The notes under the pieces were generated by a model. It ran no database searches and was not told the origin of the DNA. It was given only the letters and a program-made list of their open reading frames with translations. A DNA stretch of 64,000 bases, taken from positions 1,438 through 65,437 of the forward strand of contig CAMAXK010000004.1 in NCBI GenBank assembly GCA_945862365.1, read 5' to 3'. Positions 17,606 through 27,036 of the stretch are shown in pieces. The DNA is from Chlamydia trachomatis. GTDB taxonomy: Bacteria; Chlamydiota; Chlamydiia; Chlamydiales; 2-12-FULL-49-11. Numbering within the stretch: the stretch's first letter is position 1; each line of letters begins with the position of its first letter. The position numbers were made by a program, and so were the translations under genes.

Positions 17606-18832
17606 ATGTCTGATGGTTCGCACGTACCGGGAATAAGTTCTTCAAGCTCAAGCTCATCTGCTAAAAACATTCAGCAGGCTCTTGAAGCAGAGCTGGAATT
17701 AGATATAGAGGCGACTAATACAGAATCATTAATGGAATCTGGGGATGATGCCCTGTTTACTCCTATGTTTCTAACACAAGATTTTAAAAAGCTTGATGAT
17801 CACTTACGGAGAAATCCTACTAAAGAATCAGAAGAAAGTGAAATGGATGAGACCATTGCATTAAAACTCATCGATGATGTCACAAAGCTTGCAAAAGCCC
17901 TTGAAGAAAAAAATTCTGAGATCAATCATAGAGCTCTACTTGGGTTAAAAGCAGATATTAAAGAGACCGATGATGCCGAAACAATTTATGAAAAAGTAAG
18001 GCAGTATTATAAAGATGAATATCTTGCCGATGAGGCGTTAAAATTCCTAGAGCAGACTACCAATCCTCACATGAATCTTGGAAGAAATATCCGCAAGGCT
18101 CGAATGCTTCTAAATGAGCGTCATGAACGGGAAGTTAAATCTGGAAGAAATATTAATGAGGTGGCAAAAGAATTTGCGCAGCAAGGGCTCGGAACAACCG
18201 GTTCTTTACGTGATTTGTACCGTGAAGTGACTAAAGAGCCAAAAGATCCGACAACTTTATTTGATGAACTCAATGAAGCCTATGATTTTAACAACATGAA
18301 AAAAGTGCTGGCTTTCCTCTTGCATTCTCTTGGAAGCGATATGAAATCTAAAGGTCCCTCTATTCCGAACTCAGAACTTACTAGACTGTTTTCTGAGACA
18401 AGAAAGATGCAAGCAATTTTAGGCATTTATCGCTTTTTCTTAGGAAGAATGAGAATGATCAAAGAGAGTTTGGCAAGAGAAAATTTGGCCATACCTAAAA
18501 AGCTCACCTTTGAACTTCTTGCCAAGCTTTTTTCAAAGTTTATCCAAGAAAGATACCCCTCCCCCGATAAAGTTCTTCGCATAGGAACAGAACTTGGTAT
18601 CGATGATGAAATCCTTGCACAAATTATCATCTATACGCAATATAGAGATGCCCTAAGAGGGGTTTCCCCAAAGCTTTTTTCTAATGTAAAGCATCGTGGT
18701 GATCTTCTTATGTCTTTAATTGAAACTATCAGTGAATTAGATGATCTTTTAGAAGAAGAAGAGGAAGAAGAAGAAGAGGAAGAGGAAGAGGAAATGAAGA
18801 AGGGTTGGTCGGATAAAGACACAGTTGAATAA
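17606..18832 (+). CDS. copN: type III secretion gatekeeper, CopN/SctW (HrpJ-TyeA) family
   Basis: 408 aa. Ser-rich N-terminus. The central ..GSLRDLYREV.. and ..AFLLHSLGSDM.. resemble CopN/YopN-family helices. Located directly after sctV and before a CesT-like chaperone. Confidence 0.8.
   Translation: MSDGSHVPGISSSSSSSSAKNIQQALEAELELDIEATNTESLMESGDDALFTPMFLTQDFKKLDDHLRRNPTKESEESEMDETIALKLIDDVTKLAKALEEKNSEINHRALLGLKADIKETDDAETIYEKVRQYYKDEYLADEALKFLEQTTNPHMNLGRNIRKARMLLNERHEREVKSGRNINEVAKEFAQQGLGTTGSLRDLYREVTKEPKDPTTLFDELNEAYDFNNMKKVLAFLLHSLGSDMKSKGPSIPNSELTRLFSETRKMQAILGIYRFFLGRMRMIKESLARENLAIPKKLTFELLAKLFSKFIQERYPSPDKVLRIGTELGIDDEILAQIIIYTQYRDALRGVSPKLFSNVKHRGDLLMSLIETISELDDLLEEEEEEEEEEEEEEMKKGWSDKDTVE
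18752..18793 (+). repeat. (GAR)14 trinucleotide tract encoding 14 consecutive Glu near the CopN C-terminus
   Basis: Read directly: gaa gaa gaa gag gaa gaa gaa gaa gag gaa gag gaa gag gaa, in frame with the CDS that starts at 17606. Confidence 0.95.
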
Positions 18833-18840
18833 GGAGATCC

Positions 18841-19299
18841 ATGGCAGGATTTAAAGAATTGATCGCAGAACTTTCAGATCGATTACAAGCAGATATCTTT
18901 CCTGATTTAAACAATGTAGTAACCCTAATTGTAGAAAAGCGGGTAAAATTTCACATTGAACCTGACTCTGTACAAGAGTTCATGATTCTTGGTGCAACTA
19001 TTGCTGAACTTCCCCCAGGAAAATTTAGAGAAAATATTTTAAAAGATGCACTAAAAGCAAACTCTTTGATCAATATTAATCCTGGAATTTTATCTTATGC
19101 AGGAAGAGAAAATGCACTCATTCTGCATAGTAAACTATTTATTCAAGGGACATCTGTAGATGAAATGATCAAGGTGATGAAACACTTAACCAGCAGAGCT
19201 AAAAAGTGGATGGATGCAATTGAAGAAGGACGCTCTTGTCCTGATGATGAACTCCCTAAAAAAACTGGATTATCTGGTAAAGGAATGTTTGGGTTCTAA
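18841..19299 (+). CDS. class I type III secretion chaperone (CesT/SycE-like)
   Basis: 152 aa, small and acidic. Sits immediately after the gatekeeper gene, as Scc1 does in Chlamydia. Its stop overlaps the malQ start (TAATG). Confidence 0.65.
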   Translation: MAGFKELIAELSDRLQADIFPDLNNVVTLIVEKRVKFHIEPDSVQEFMILGATIAELPPGKFRENILKDALKANSLININPGILSYAGRENALILHSKLFIQGTSVDEMIKVMKHLTSRAKKWMDAIEEGRSCPDDELPKKTGLSGKGMFGF

Positions 19300-20906
19300 T
19301 GAAAACTATACAGGCAAGAATTAAACAAAGTAATGTAAGAAAAGCTTGGGAAAAAATTGGGATACAACACCATCATGGAATCAATATCCCCCTATTTTCG
19401 ATTCACAGTAAGCAAAGCTGTGGAATCGGAGAATTTTTAGATTTAAAACTTTTGATCGATTTTTGCTCCTCTATCTCCTTTGGTGTGATTCAACTTTTAC
19501 CTCTAAACGACTCAGGTTTTGAAACAAGTCCCTACAATGCTGTATCATCCCAAGCTTTAAATCCTATCTATCTTTCTCTTTATGATCTTCCCTTTGTACA
19601 AAATGATAATGAATTAAAGGAAAAGCTAAAGGAATTTAAAAAGCCTAAGGAAAAAATTAACTACCATGAAACCCTTAAAGCTAAACTTGCCTTTTTAACT
19701 ACTTACTATAAAAAGTACTTCAATCATTTTGAAAAAACCTCGCCTTATCTTCTATTTATTGAGCAGCATCCATGGGTTTTCGACTATGGCTTATTTAAAT
19801 ACTTGAAAGATCAGTATCATCATAAAGGTTGGTTTTCTTGGGACAAAAAACATCAAGATATCACCCACACCCATAAAAAGCAGCTTATCCATGAGCAATC
19901 TTTTGAAATAAACTTTTATATTTTTTTACAATTTCTATCCTTCACTCAACTAGAAGAGGTAAAGAAGTATGCCGGTCATAAACGGGTGCTCCTAAAAGGA
20001 GATATTCCAATTCTTATCAGCCCAGAAAGTCTTGATGTTTGGAGTGGGAGAGAAAATTTTAACCTTGCCTATTGTGCTGGATCACCCCCTGATATATTCA
20101 CTCCAAAAGGGCAAAATTGGGGTTTTCCCATTTATAACTGGAGTCATATGGAAGAGACTCACTACAGCTTTTGGCAAGATCGATTAAAAACAGCCTCTTT
20201 GTTTTATCATATGTTCCGTATTGATCATATCATCGGACTTTACCGCATTTATGCTATCCCAAGAAATAAACGCAGTAACAAAGGATCCTTTATCCCAAAT
20301 AGCCCACCCCTTGCCCTCATGCAAGGTGAGCGAATTTTAGAAAAACTCACCTCTTACACCTCAATGCTTCCCATCGGGGAAGATCTTGGAGTCGATATTG
20401 AATATATCAGAAAGTCGCTTTCAAACCAGGCTATCCCAGGAATTATCATCCCAAGATGGGAGAGGGATCATTTCGGCGATCACTCCTTCACCCCTTATAG
20501 TGAATACAACCCATTTAGTCTAACTACAGTATCTACTCACGATAGTGAAACCCTTACGCAGTGGTGGAAAAATAATAAAGAAGAGGTACGCCACTTTTGT
20601 GAAGGTCATGGAATGATCTACGAAAATAAACTCACAGATAAGCTACGTTATCAAATGCTTAAAGATAGTCATCAGTCAGGCTCATTATTTCATATCAATT
20701 TACTTTCTGAATACCTTGCGCTATTTGATGATCTAGTATGGAAAAGTCCTAAGGATGAACGGATTAATCAACCAGGTACTATTTTACCCACCAACTGGTG
20801 TTATCGGATGAAACCTTCCTTAGAAACTCTGTTAACTCATACCTCTTTAAAAGAATTGATGATTAACCTATTGAAAGATGAAAAGGAAGCGTATTTGAAA
20901 AAATAG
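19299..20906 (+). CDS. malQ: 4-alpha-glucanotransferase (amylomaltase, GH77)
   Basis: 535 aa. ..HHGINIPLFSIHS..SCGIGEF.DL..LIDF.., ..LLPLNDSG...SPYNAVSSQALNPIY.., ..FRIDHIIGL.. Confidence 0.9.
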   Translation: MKTIQARIKQSNVRKAWEKIGIQHHHGINIPLFSIHSKQSCGIGEFLDLKLLIDFCSSISFGVIQLLPLNDSGFETSPYNAVSSQALNPIYLSLYDLPFVQNDNELKEKLKEFKKPKEKINYHETLKAKLAFLTTYYKKYFNHFEKTSPYLLFIEQHPWVFDYGLFKYLKDQYHHKGWFSWDKKHQDITHTHKKQLIHEQSFEINFYIFLQFLSFTQLEEVKKYAGHKRVLLKGDIPILISPESLDVWSGRENFNLAYCAGSPPDIFTPKGQNWGFPIYNWSHMEETHYSFWQDRLKTASLFYHMFRIDHIIGLYRIYAIPRNKRSNKGSFIPNSPPLALMQGERILEKLTSYTSMLPIGEDLGVDIEYIRKSLSNQAIPGIIIPRWERDHFGDHSFTPYSEYNPFSLTTVSTHDSETLTQWWKNNKEEVRHFCEGHGMIYENKLTDKLRYQMLKDSHQSGSLFHINLLSEYLALFDDLVWKSPKDERINQPGTILPTNWCYRMKPSLETLLTHTSLKELMINLLKDEKEAYLKK

Positions 20907-22845
20907 AGGTTCTTCCCTCTATAATGATGGGGTCGAAATTTTCAAACTTATTGACAACTACAATAAGCTCTTTCCCTTGATAGGATCGCCTATATCCTAA
21001 TCTATGGGCATTTGTTTCTATCGGTTCATAAGTTCCATGTAAAATAAGGTCTCTATGCTCTTTTCTAAAATGTAATCCCTTGGTCAGTACATTCATTTTT
21101 AAAGAAGAGTTATCCTTCAAACATTTTTTACGTAGAGTAAAATCAACAGGGCGACGATTATCCGGATCGACAAGATTGGCATTGATCAACTCCTCCCCTT
21201 GATAAATATCCATCACACCAAAAAGGCCCATTTGTAAAACAAGGGAGGCAATGCTTTTCATTTCCGCAGCTTTTATTACGCGCTCTCTAAAAGGCGTTAA
21301 TTTGTTCATAAGAATTTGATCATCGAGCACTGATTCAATCCAAGCAGTCATTTTCTTTTCAAAAGAATAATTTGGGTTAAGATAATCACTATAATACTTA
21401 CTTTCGCAAGCAGCTTTGATCATGTAAGAAATCAATCGTTTTTTTTCAGAAACGGCTATCCATGTTTGAAAGAAAAAATACCTCATCCTCTTGCTTTCAA
21501 ATTCAGGAAGAAAAGATAAATGGATCTTAAACTCATCCACCATTTCAGATAGGACATGAATTCTCATCCTTGCATCTAATGATCTTTTAGTATCATGGGT
21601 AGATAAGGTGTGCATCGTATTTGGAAAATGGGTAAACAACTGGATAATCCGCTCATGAAAGATTTCATTGGGTATAGAAAAAGTGGTTAAATTTCCCCCC
21701 ACCTCATTTAAAGAGGTAAGCCTTAAATAGCGATAGTTAAATGTATCCTCATATCCTTTGGCAAACACAGCAGGAAGGATCTGTTGTAACTTTAACCATG
21801 TATCTCGATGCTCTGGTTTTAACACCTCTGTTTTAAAAAACGTTCCTTTTGTAAATCTTGCTGCCTGCTGAATTAGTCTTTTATCCACATTTGCTACCTT
21901 TTCATCCACATAAGTTCGATAAACGGGAAAATGAGCTAAAAATAGAAGAAGCTCCTCTTTTTCTACTCCAAAAGCTTTTGAGAATCTATTCATTTCACTA
22001 ATTAAGTAACGATTTAAATAGGCAATTTTAATCTCTGCTAAATCAACCTCTTCTTCTTTCACCTTTTCATACAATTGAGTGATTTTTTGCTCACCTCTAC
22101 CATCAACCATTACCTGATTTAGTAAATTTAAGACATCATATCCAACAGTGCCATCACAGATAAACCCCTCAGGGATTAGTTCATCGGGGGTAAGAATTTT
22201 CTCTAAAATCACATACAAATGAGGAAATCTTTTATGGATCTTTTCCAAAAACTTTTTTGGAAATTTTAACCCATCTATATGATCGACTCGAAATCCCTCA
22301 ATCCACCCCTTTTCTACATAGTCAAAAATCTTAGAAAAATAAAGTTCATAAAGATCCTCATTTTCCATCTTTAACCCTACCATTTCACATATATCGAAAA
22401 ATCGGCGATAGTTAATACTTTCATGAATATTTTTCTCAGCAGATGGTAAAACAATAGCTCCATTGCCCCATTGCCAATCTATATCAAAAAATGAGGCATA
22501 TTTTGAGTGCTCATTATTTTTTATCACATCATCCCACCAAGGATTTTCCCTATTTGCCGCCATGTGATTTGGAACAATGTCCATCATATGCATAAGTCCA
22601 TGACGTTTACAGCTTTTACAAAATTCTATAAAAAGCTCTTCCCCACCTAGTTCGTTAGCAATATGGCTTGTCGATGTAATCATATACGAATTATGAGAGT
22701 TTTTAACAATCTCAAAATAAGGGCTCGTGTAAACCATTTCCACCCCAAGTTCTACTAGATAAGGGAGCAAATCTATTGCTTCTTTGAAACCAAAGGTGTC
22801 AGATAACTGAAGTCTATAGGAGGAAATTGGAATTTTCTTTTTCAT
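20863..22845 (-). CDS. treY: malto-oligosyltrehalose synthase (GH13)
   Basis: 660 aa. The N-terminus ..SSYRLQLSDTFGFKEAIDLLPYLVELGVEMVYTSPYFE.., ..ELGGEE.. and ..MDIVPNHMA.. match the TreY signature region. The 3' end overlaps the malQ 3' end by 44 nt. Confidence 0.8.
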   Translation of the reverse strand: MKKKIPISSYRLQLSDTFGFKEAIDLLPYLVELGVEMVYTSPYFEIVKNSHNSYMITSTSHIANELGGEELFIEFCKSCKRHGLMHMMDIVPNHMAANRENPWWDDVIKNNEHSKYASFFDIDWQWGNGAIVLPSAEKNIHESINYRRFFDICEMVGLKMENEDLYELYFSKIFDYVEKGWIEGFRVDHIDGLKFPKKFLEKIHKRFPHLYVILEKILTPDELIPEGFICDGTVGYDVLNLLNQVMVDGRGEQKITQLYEKVKEEEVDLAEIKIAYLNRYLISEMNRFSKAFGVEKEELLLFLAHFPVYRTYVDEKVANVDKRLIQQAARFTKGTFFKTEVLKPEHRDTWLKLQQILPAVFAKGYEDTFNYRYLRLTSLNEVGGNLTTFSIPNEIFHERIIQLFTHFPNTMHTLSTHDTKRSLDARMRIHVLSEMVDEFKIHLSFLPEFESKRMRYFFFQTWIAVSEKKRLISYMIKAACESKYYSDYLNPNYSFEKKMTAWIESVLDDQILMNKLTPFRERVIKAAEMKSIASLVLQMGLFGVMDIYQGEELINANLVDPDNRRPVDFTLRKKCLKDNSSLKMNVLTKGLHFRKEHRDLILHGTYEPIETNAHRLGYRRSYQGKELIVVVNKFENFDPIIIEGRTSIFSNTLPFHLSIG

Positions 22846-22872
22846 AACTCCCCATTATAGTAATATTTTTTT

Positions 22873-24402
22873 ATGAAGCGACTTTTTTTCCTTATTCTTT
22901 TTTCCATTTCCTCTCTTCATGCTAAAAATGAAGAGATCGAAGCGTTATATAGCTTACAAGATCCTGAGTGTCTATCAAAGCTTTTTGCCTTTTATCATTT
23001 GCATAAAGATAATGAATATGGCAAAAAAGCTCTTTCAAATGCATTTGCATTAATTGATAAGCATAGAGAAAAACCGATTCAACTGCAAAATATCCCCCTT
23101 TTTCACAGAATGAACCTGGACACCTTTTTAGCAGCCCTTACTAAGCAGCCCGAAGAATCCCTGCCAAAGCTTACAAAAGAGCAAATAGAATTTATCACAC
23201 ATATTTCAGATCATTTGAAACATCGTTCGCTAAAGGGGCATAGTGCCACCTCCACTGAAGAGGTTTTAGCATTACCTTCAGAAGAGGTAGATTTATCTCG
23301 TGCTATTTTTCTTTCCCAGTATGGTAAAAACCAGATGGATGTGATTGAAAGCTATGAAGCAACTCTTGATCTTTTTGCCCTCTCCATCCTTTCTCGGTTA
23401 GACAAAAATCCAACAGATGAGCAGATCATTGAAAAAATCTCCTATTTTATTTTCTACGAAATGCTCTTTAGATTCCCGCCTCATTCTTTATGGATAAAAG
23501 ATGTGGACGAATACACCTTTTTACCCTCCATTTTAGATAGCCATCATGGTGTTTGTTTGGGGGTTTCTATCCTCTATTTAAGTATTGCACAAAGGCTGGG
23601 TCTAAATCTTACCATTTGCACTCCCCCAGGTCACATCTATTTAAGCTATACTTCAAAAAATGGGGAAACACTAAATATAGAGACAACAGCTCGCGGTATC
23701 CATGTGCCTACAGAACACTACTTAAGCATTCAAACAAAATCGATAGAGCATAAGACATTAAAACAAGTAGTTGGCTTGCACCATATAAACGGCGCCTCTG
23801 TATTTTGGCAGGCAAAAAACCATGATCGAGCGATTGAAGAATACCAAAAGGCATTAGCTTTTATCCCTGATGACCCCCTTACAGAGACTTTCCTTGGCTA
23901 TAACTACCTGATGAAAGGGGATAAGAAAAAGGCAGATTTTTACCTAAAAAGGGTCAAAGGGCAAAAAATAGAAGGATCAATTATGGTAAATACCTTGATT
24001 GAAGATTACCTTAACGGCTATGTCGATGAAAAGGGATTAGAAGTCATCTATGATCATGTCAATGAAACAAGAGAATCAATCTTTAGAAAACAACGTGAAC
24101 TAGAAGCTGTATTAAAAAACTACCCAAAATTTCGTGATGGAATTTTTCACTTAGCCGTTACCTGGCTACAACTTGGAAGAAAAAAAGAGGCCCTTGAAGT
24201 TTTAAATAAATACCATGAAGTTGACTCCACAAACCCCATCGTTGAATATTACCTTACCCATCTAAATTTTGTTCGACTAAAACCAGCGATTGCAAAACGT
24301 CATTATGGCAGCCTAAAATTCCTCCTTGAAAAGGAAAATCACAATCCTACCTGCCTTAAAGAGCTCAGCTTAATGCTTAAAACTGCATCCCTTCTCAATT
24401 AG
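22873..24402 (+). CDS. secreted transglutaminase-like (SirB1/UPF0162-type) protein with C-terminal TPR-like repeats
   Basis: 509 aa. Signal peptide MKRLFFLILFSISSLHA. Cys/His core ..HHGVCLGVSILYLSIAQRLGLNL.ICTPPGHIYL.. Helical-repeat C-terminal half. Confidence 0.6.
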   Translation: MKRLFFLILFSISSLHAKNEEIEALYSLQDPECLSKLFAFYHLHKDNEYGKKALSNAFALIDKHREKPIQLQNIPLFHRMNLDTFLAALTKQPEESLPKLTKEQIEFITHISDHLKHRSLKGHSATSTEEVLALPSEEVDLSRAIFLSQYGKNQMDVIESYEATLDLFALSILSRLDKNPTDEQIIEKISYFIFYEMLFRFPPHSLWIKDVDEYTFLPSILDSHHGVCLGVSILYLSIAQRLGLNLTICTPPGHIYLSYTSKNGETLNIETTARGIHVPTEHYLSIQTKSIEHKTLKQVVGLHHINGASVFWQAKNHDRAIEEYQKALAFIPDDPLTETFLGYNYLMKGDKKKADFYLKRVKGQKIEGSIMVNTLIEDYLNGYVDEKGLEVIYDHVNETRESIFRKQRELEAVLKNYPKFRDGIFHLAVTWLQLGRKKEALEVLNKYHEVDSTNPIVEYYLTHLNFVRLKPAIAKRHYGSLKFLLEKENHNPTCLKELSLMLKTASLLN

Positions 24403-24782
24403 AGCTTTTGGACACGTATGGTTTGTTTTGTGCTTAAATTTCTCATAGTATAAGGATACTCATCGGTAGAAAGCCCATCTAATTTTATCCGAACATAGGC
24501 AGGAGAGAGCCACCCCCCTGAAAAGATATAGTCACTTGGTTTAACAATCCATCTTGAATTATCATCAAGGACCACAATTCTTCCCCCGGAAAGAATTTCT
24601 TTTATAGTAACACGCGTTTGACTGTACTGCTGCTCTACTTTATAAACTGATTTTTGTGCAGGAGTTAAAGGGTCATCTGATTCTGCCAGTAATTTATCAG
24701 CCCTTTCAATAGATTTTTCAGCAGGGGTTTGATGACCTAAAAGCATTGATCCTAAAGTAAGAAAAACAAAAAGAAACTTCAT
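24399..24782 (-). CDS. small secreted hypothetical protein
   Basis: 127 aa. Signal peptide MKFLFVFLTLGSMLLG. No recognisable motif. Confidence 0.5.
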   Translation of the reverse strand: MKFLFVFLTLGSMLLGHQTPAEKSIERADKLLAESDDPLTPAQKSVYKVEQQYSQTRVTIKEILSGGRIVVLDDNSRWIVKPSDYIFSGGWLSPAYVRIKLDGLSTDEYPYTMRNLSTKQTIRVQKL

Positions 24783-24917
24783 AAACGAACCATACTCAAA
24801 AAAAAGTTAAAAAACAACTTGATTTTTGAAAATATTCGTGTATGAAGGGTTCAAGAACCTCCGTCATGAAAGATAGGAGGAGACGATCTTTAAAATACCT
24901 TAACAATTGGGGTTTCT

Positions 24918-25808
24918 ATGAGCATTCTTTCGGAAAGACGCAGAACTTGGAAAAGAGCTCCGGTATCGATACAAAAAAATCTTATCAAGGAAAACTTTTT
25001 TCAAAAAATTGAAAAAACAATCTATGAAGAGAAGTCAGCTCTTTGCATTACCTACAAACATGGCGTGAACTTACAACACCTCACTTTTTTAAAAAAGGCT
25101 ACAAAATTTTTAGTAAATGCAGGCTTACCATTTTCTTACCTTGCCTCATTTAACCATACAAGACAGGGCTTTTGCGGTATTTGGACCTTTTGTGAGGGTA
25201 AAATTGTTAAAGAATGGGGCGCCCAAGAATATAAAGCATTTGGTGAATTTTTAGGGAAAATGCACACCCTATCTAAGGATTATAAACCCGCTATGATGGA
25301 AAAGATCCCTCTAATTCTCTCTTTAAGAGAAAACTATGAGAGTTTAAAAAGTTACCTTCCTGAATCTTTTGAATCGATGGAATCGATATTAACGATTATT
25401 GAACAAAAATGGCCTTTGTTTTTACCCACAGGTCTTATCCATACAGATTTATTTCCAAATAACGTTTTATTCAGACAAAATAAAGTGTCAGGTGTCTTGC
25501 AAAATCATAACATGCAAATAGACCTTCTGGTTTACGATCTAACAGCAGTTGTCAAATCCCTCTACTTTTCATCCACAGAAAACATTGAGACCAAAGAAAT
25601 GGCATTTTTTGACGCCTATACCGCTTACTATAAAATGTCTGCTGAAGAGCTTATTGCATTGCCAATTTTAACATCAGCAAAACTTCTTCACACAGTTCTT
25701 TCTTTAGCCCAAAAGCATTTAACAGAACCCATTTATTCCGATACCCACTTAAACTCAGCGGCAATTGCCCTAGTTCATGCAGAAAAAGCTCTACATCTTT
25801 ACCAGTAA
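24918..25808 (+). CDS. APH-fold kinase, type II homoserine kinase-like, atypical active site
   Basis: 296 aa. Catalytic loop ..LIHTDLFPNNVLF.. (HxDxxxxN) followed by ..VSGVLQNHNMQIDLLVYDL.., which aligns with the SGFIDxxxxxxxDxxYDI region of APH/ThrB2 enzymes. Confidence 0.7.
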   Translation: MSILSERRRTWKRAPVSIQKNLIKENFFQKIEKTIYEEKSALCITYKHGVNLQHLTFLKKATKFLVNAGLPFSYLASFNHTRQGFCGIWTFCEGKIVKEWGAQEYKAFGEFLGKMHTLSKDYKPAMMEKIPLILSLRENYESLKSYLPESFESMESILTIIEQKWPLFLPTGLIHTDLFPNNVLFRQNKVSGVLQNHNMQIDLLVYDLTAVVKSLYFSSTENIETKEMAFFDAYTAYYKMSAEELIALPILTSAKLLHTVLSLAQKHLTEPIYSDTHLNSAAIALVHAEKALHLYQ

Positions 25809-25824
25809 GAAGTACAATTAACTT

Positions 25825-27036
25825 ATGAAAGATGTTTTAAAAATCACGATTGCCCCTATGTTATCGCTTGTAATCATCATGTTAGGCATCAGCTATTTTA
25901 ATACCTTTGTCAGTTTAAAGATGACAAGTGATGGTTTTAATTCCTTTATTACCGGTGGATTGTACTCTGCCTATTACACTGGTATGATGATTGGAGCGGT
26001 ATATCTTGAAAAGATTATACAGAAGAAAGGACATATTCGATCGTTTTGCATATTTGCCGCTGTTGCAGGATGCTCTATCATGATACAAAGTTTTTCAGAC
26101 CCTTCTTACTTATGGGTAGTTTTACGCTTTATTACTGGTGCTGCAGTATCGGGCATATTTATCGTCATTGAAAGTTGGTTGCTACTGCTTGCCTCTCCTA
26201 AAACTCAAGGGGTTATACTATCTGTCTATATGATTGCATTATACATAGCCATGTGTATTGGACAATTTGGAATTATTACCGTCCCTTTAGATTCAACAAT
26301 GCCTTATAACTTAGCCTTAATCTTTTGTACTGCATCCATTCTACCTGTCTGTATGATGAAAGCTGCCGCCCCTACACTTACTGAATCTCACTATATCAAT
26401 GTCTTCTATATCCTTAAAAAAATTCCACTTGGCTTTTTTGGAGTACTTACCTCTGGACTTCTCATCAGCTCATTTTACGCTCTTGGGCCCGTCTATGCTG
26501 AAGACTCTGGATTTTCCTTAAGCCAGATATCCATTATCATGGCAACTACCATTTTTGGTGGTATGGCACTTCAATGGCCTATTGGTAAACTCTCCGACCT
26601 CTTTGAGCGGAGGTTGATTATACTGTTAGTATCCATTTTAACATCTCTTATATCTTTTATATTAGTACTTAGTCCATCTTATTCTTTTTCACTGCTGCTT
26701 ATCCTTCTTTTCTTTTATGGCGGGTTTGTGTTTACTCTTTATCCAATTACTATTACCTACTGCTGCGATTTTTTCTCCTCTGCCGGTATCACCTCAGTCA
26801 TTGCTGCAGCTTTATTAATCTTTGGCTTTGGTTGTATTGTCGGCCCTTTAATCACCCCTTTATTTTTTCTAATCTTTGGTCCTGTCGGTCTTTTCTACTA
26901 TTCTGCAATAATTGCTGCTTTATTAACCCTATTTGCCTATTATCGAAAGCATAAAATACCCAATGAACCAAAAGAATCCAAAGAAAATTTTCACATACAA
27001 CCTGGAAACACAGGTAAATACACCGACAAGCATTAA
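25825..27036 (+). CDS. major facilitator superfamily transporter
   Basis: 403 aa. About 12 hydrophobic spans in a 6+6 layout with a central loop. Starts 16 nt after the kinase-like gene. Confidence 0.8.
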   Translation: MKDVLKITIAPMLSLVIIMLGISYFNTFVSLKMTSDGFNSFITGGLYSAYYTGMMIGAVYLEKIIQKKGHIRSFCIFAAVAGCSIMIQSFSDPSYLWVVLRFITGAAVSGIFIVIESWLLLLASPKTQGVILSVYMIALYIAMCIGQFGIITVPLDSTMPYNLALIFCTASILPVCMMKAAAPTLTESHYINVFYILKKIPLGFFGVLTSGLLISSFYALGPVYAEDSGFSLSQISIIMATTIFGGMALQWPIGKLSDLFERRLIILLVSILTSLISFILVLSPSYSFSLLLILLFFYGGFVFTLYPITITYCCDFFSSAGITSVIAAALLIFGFGCIVGPLITPLFFLIFGPVGLFYYSAIIAALLTLFAYYRKHKIPNEPKESKENFHIQPGNTGKYTDKH

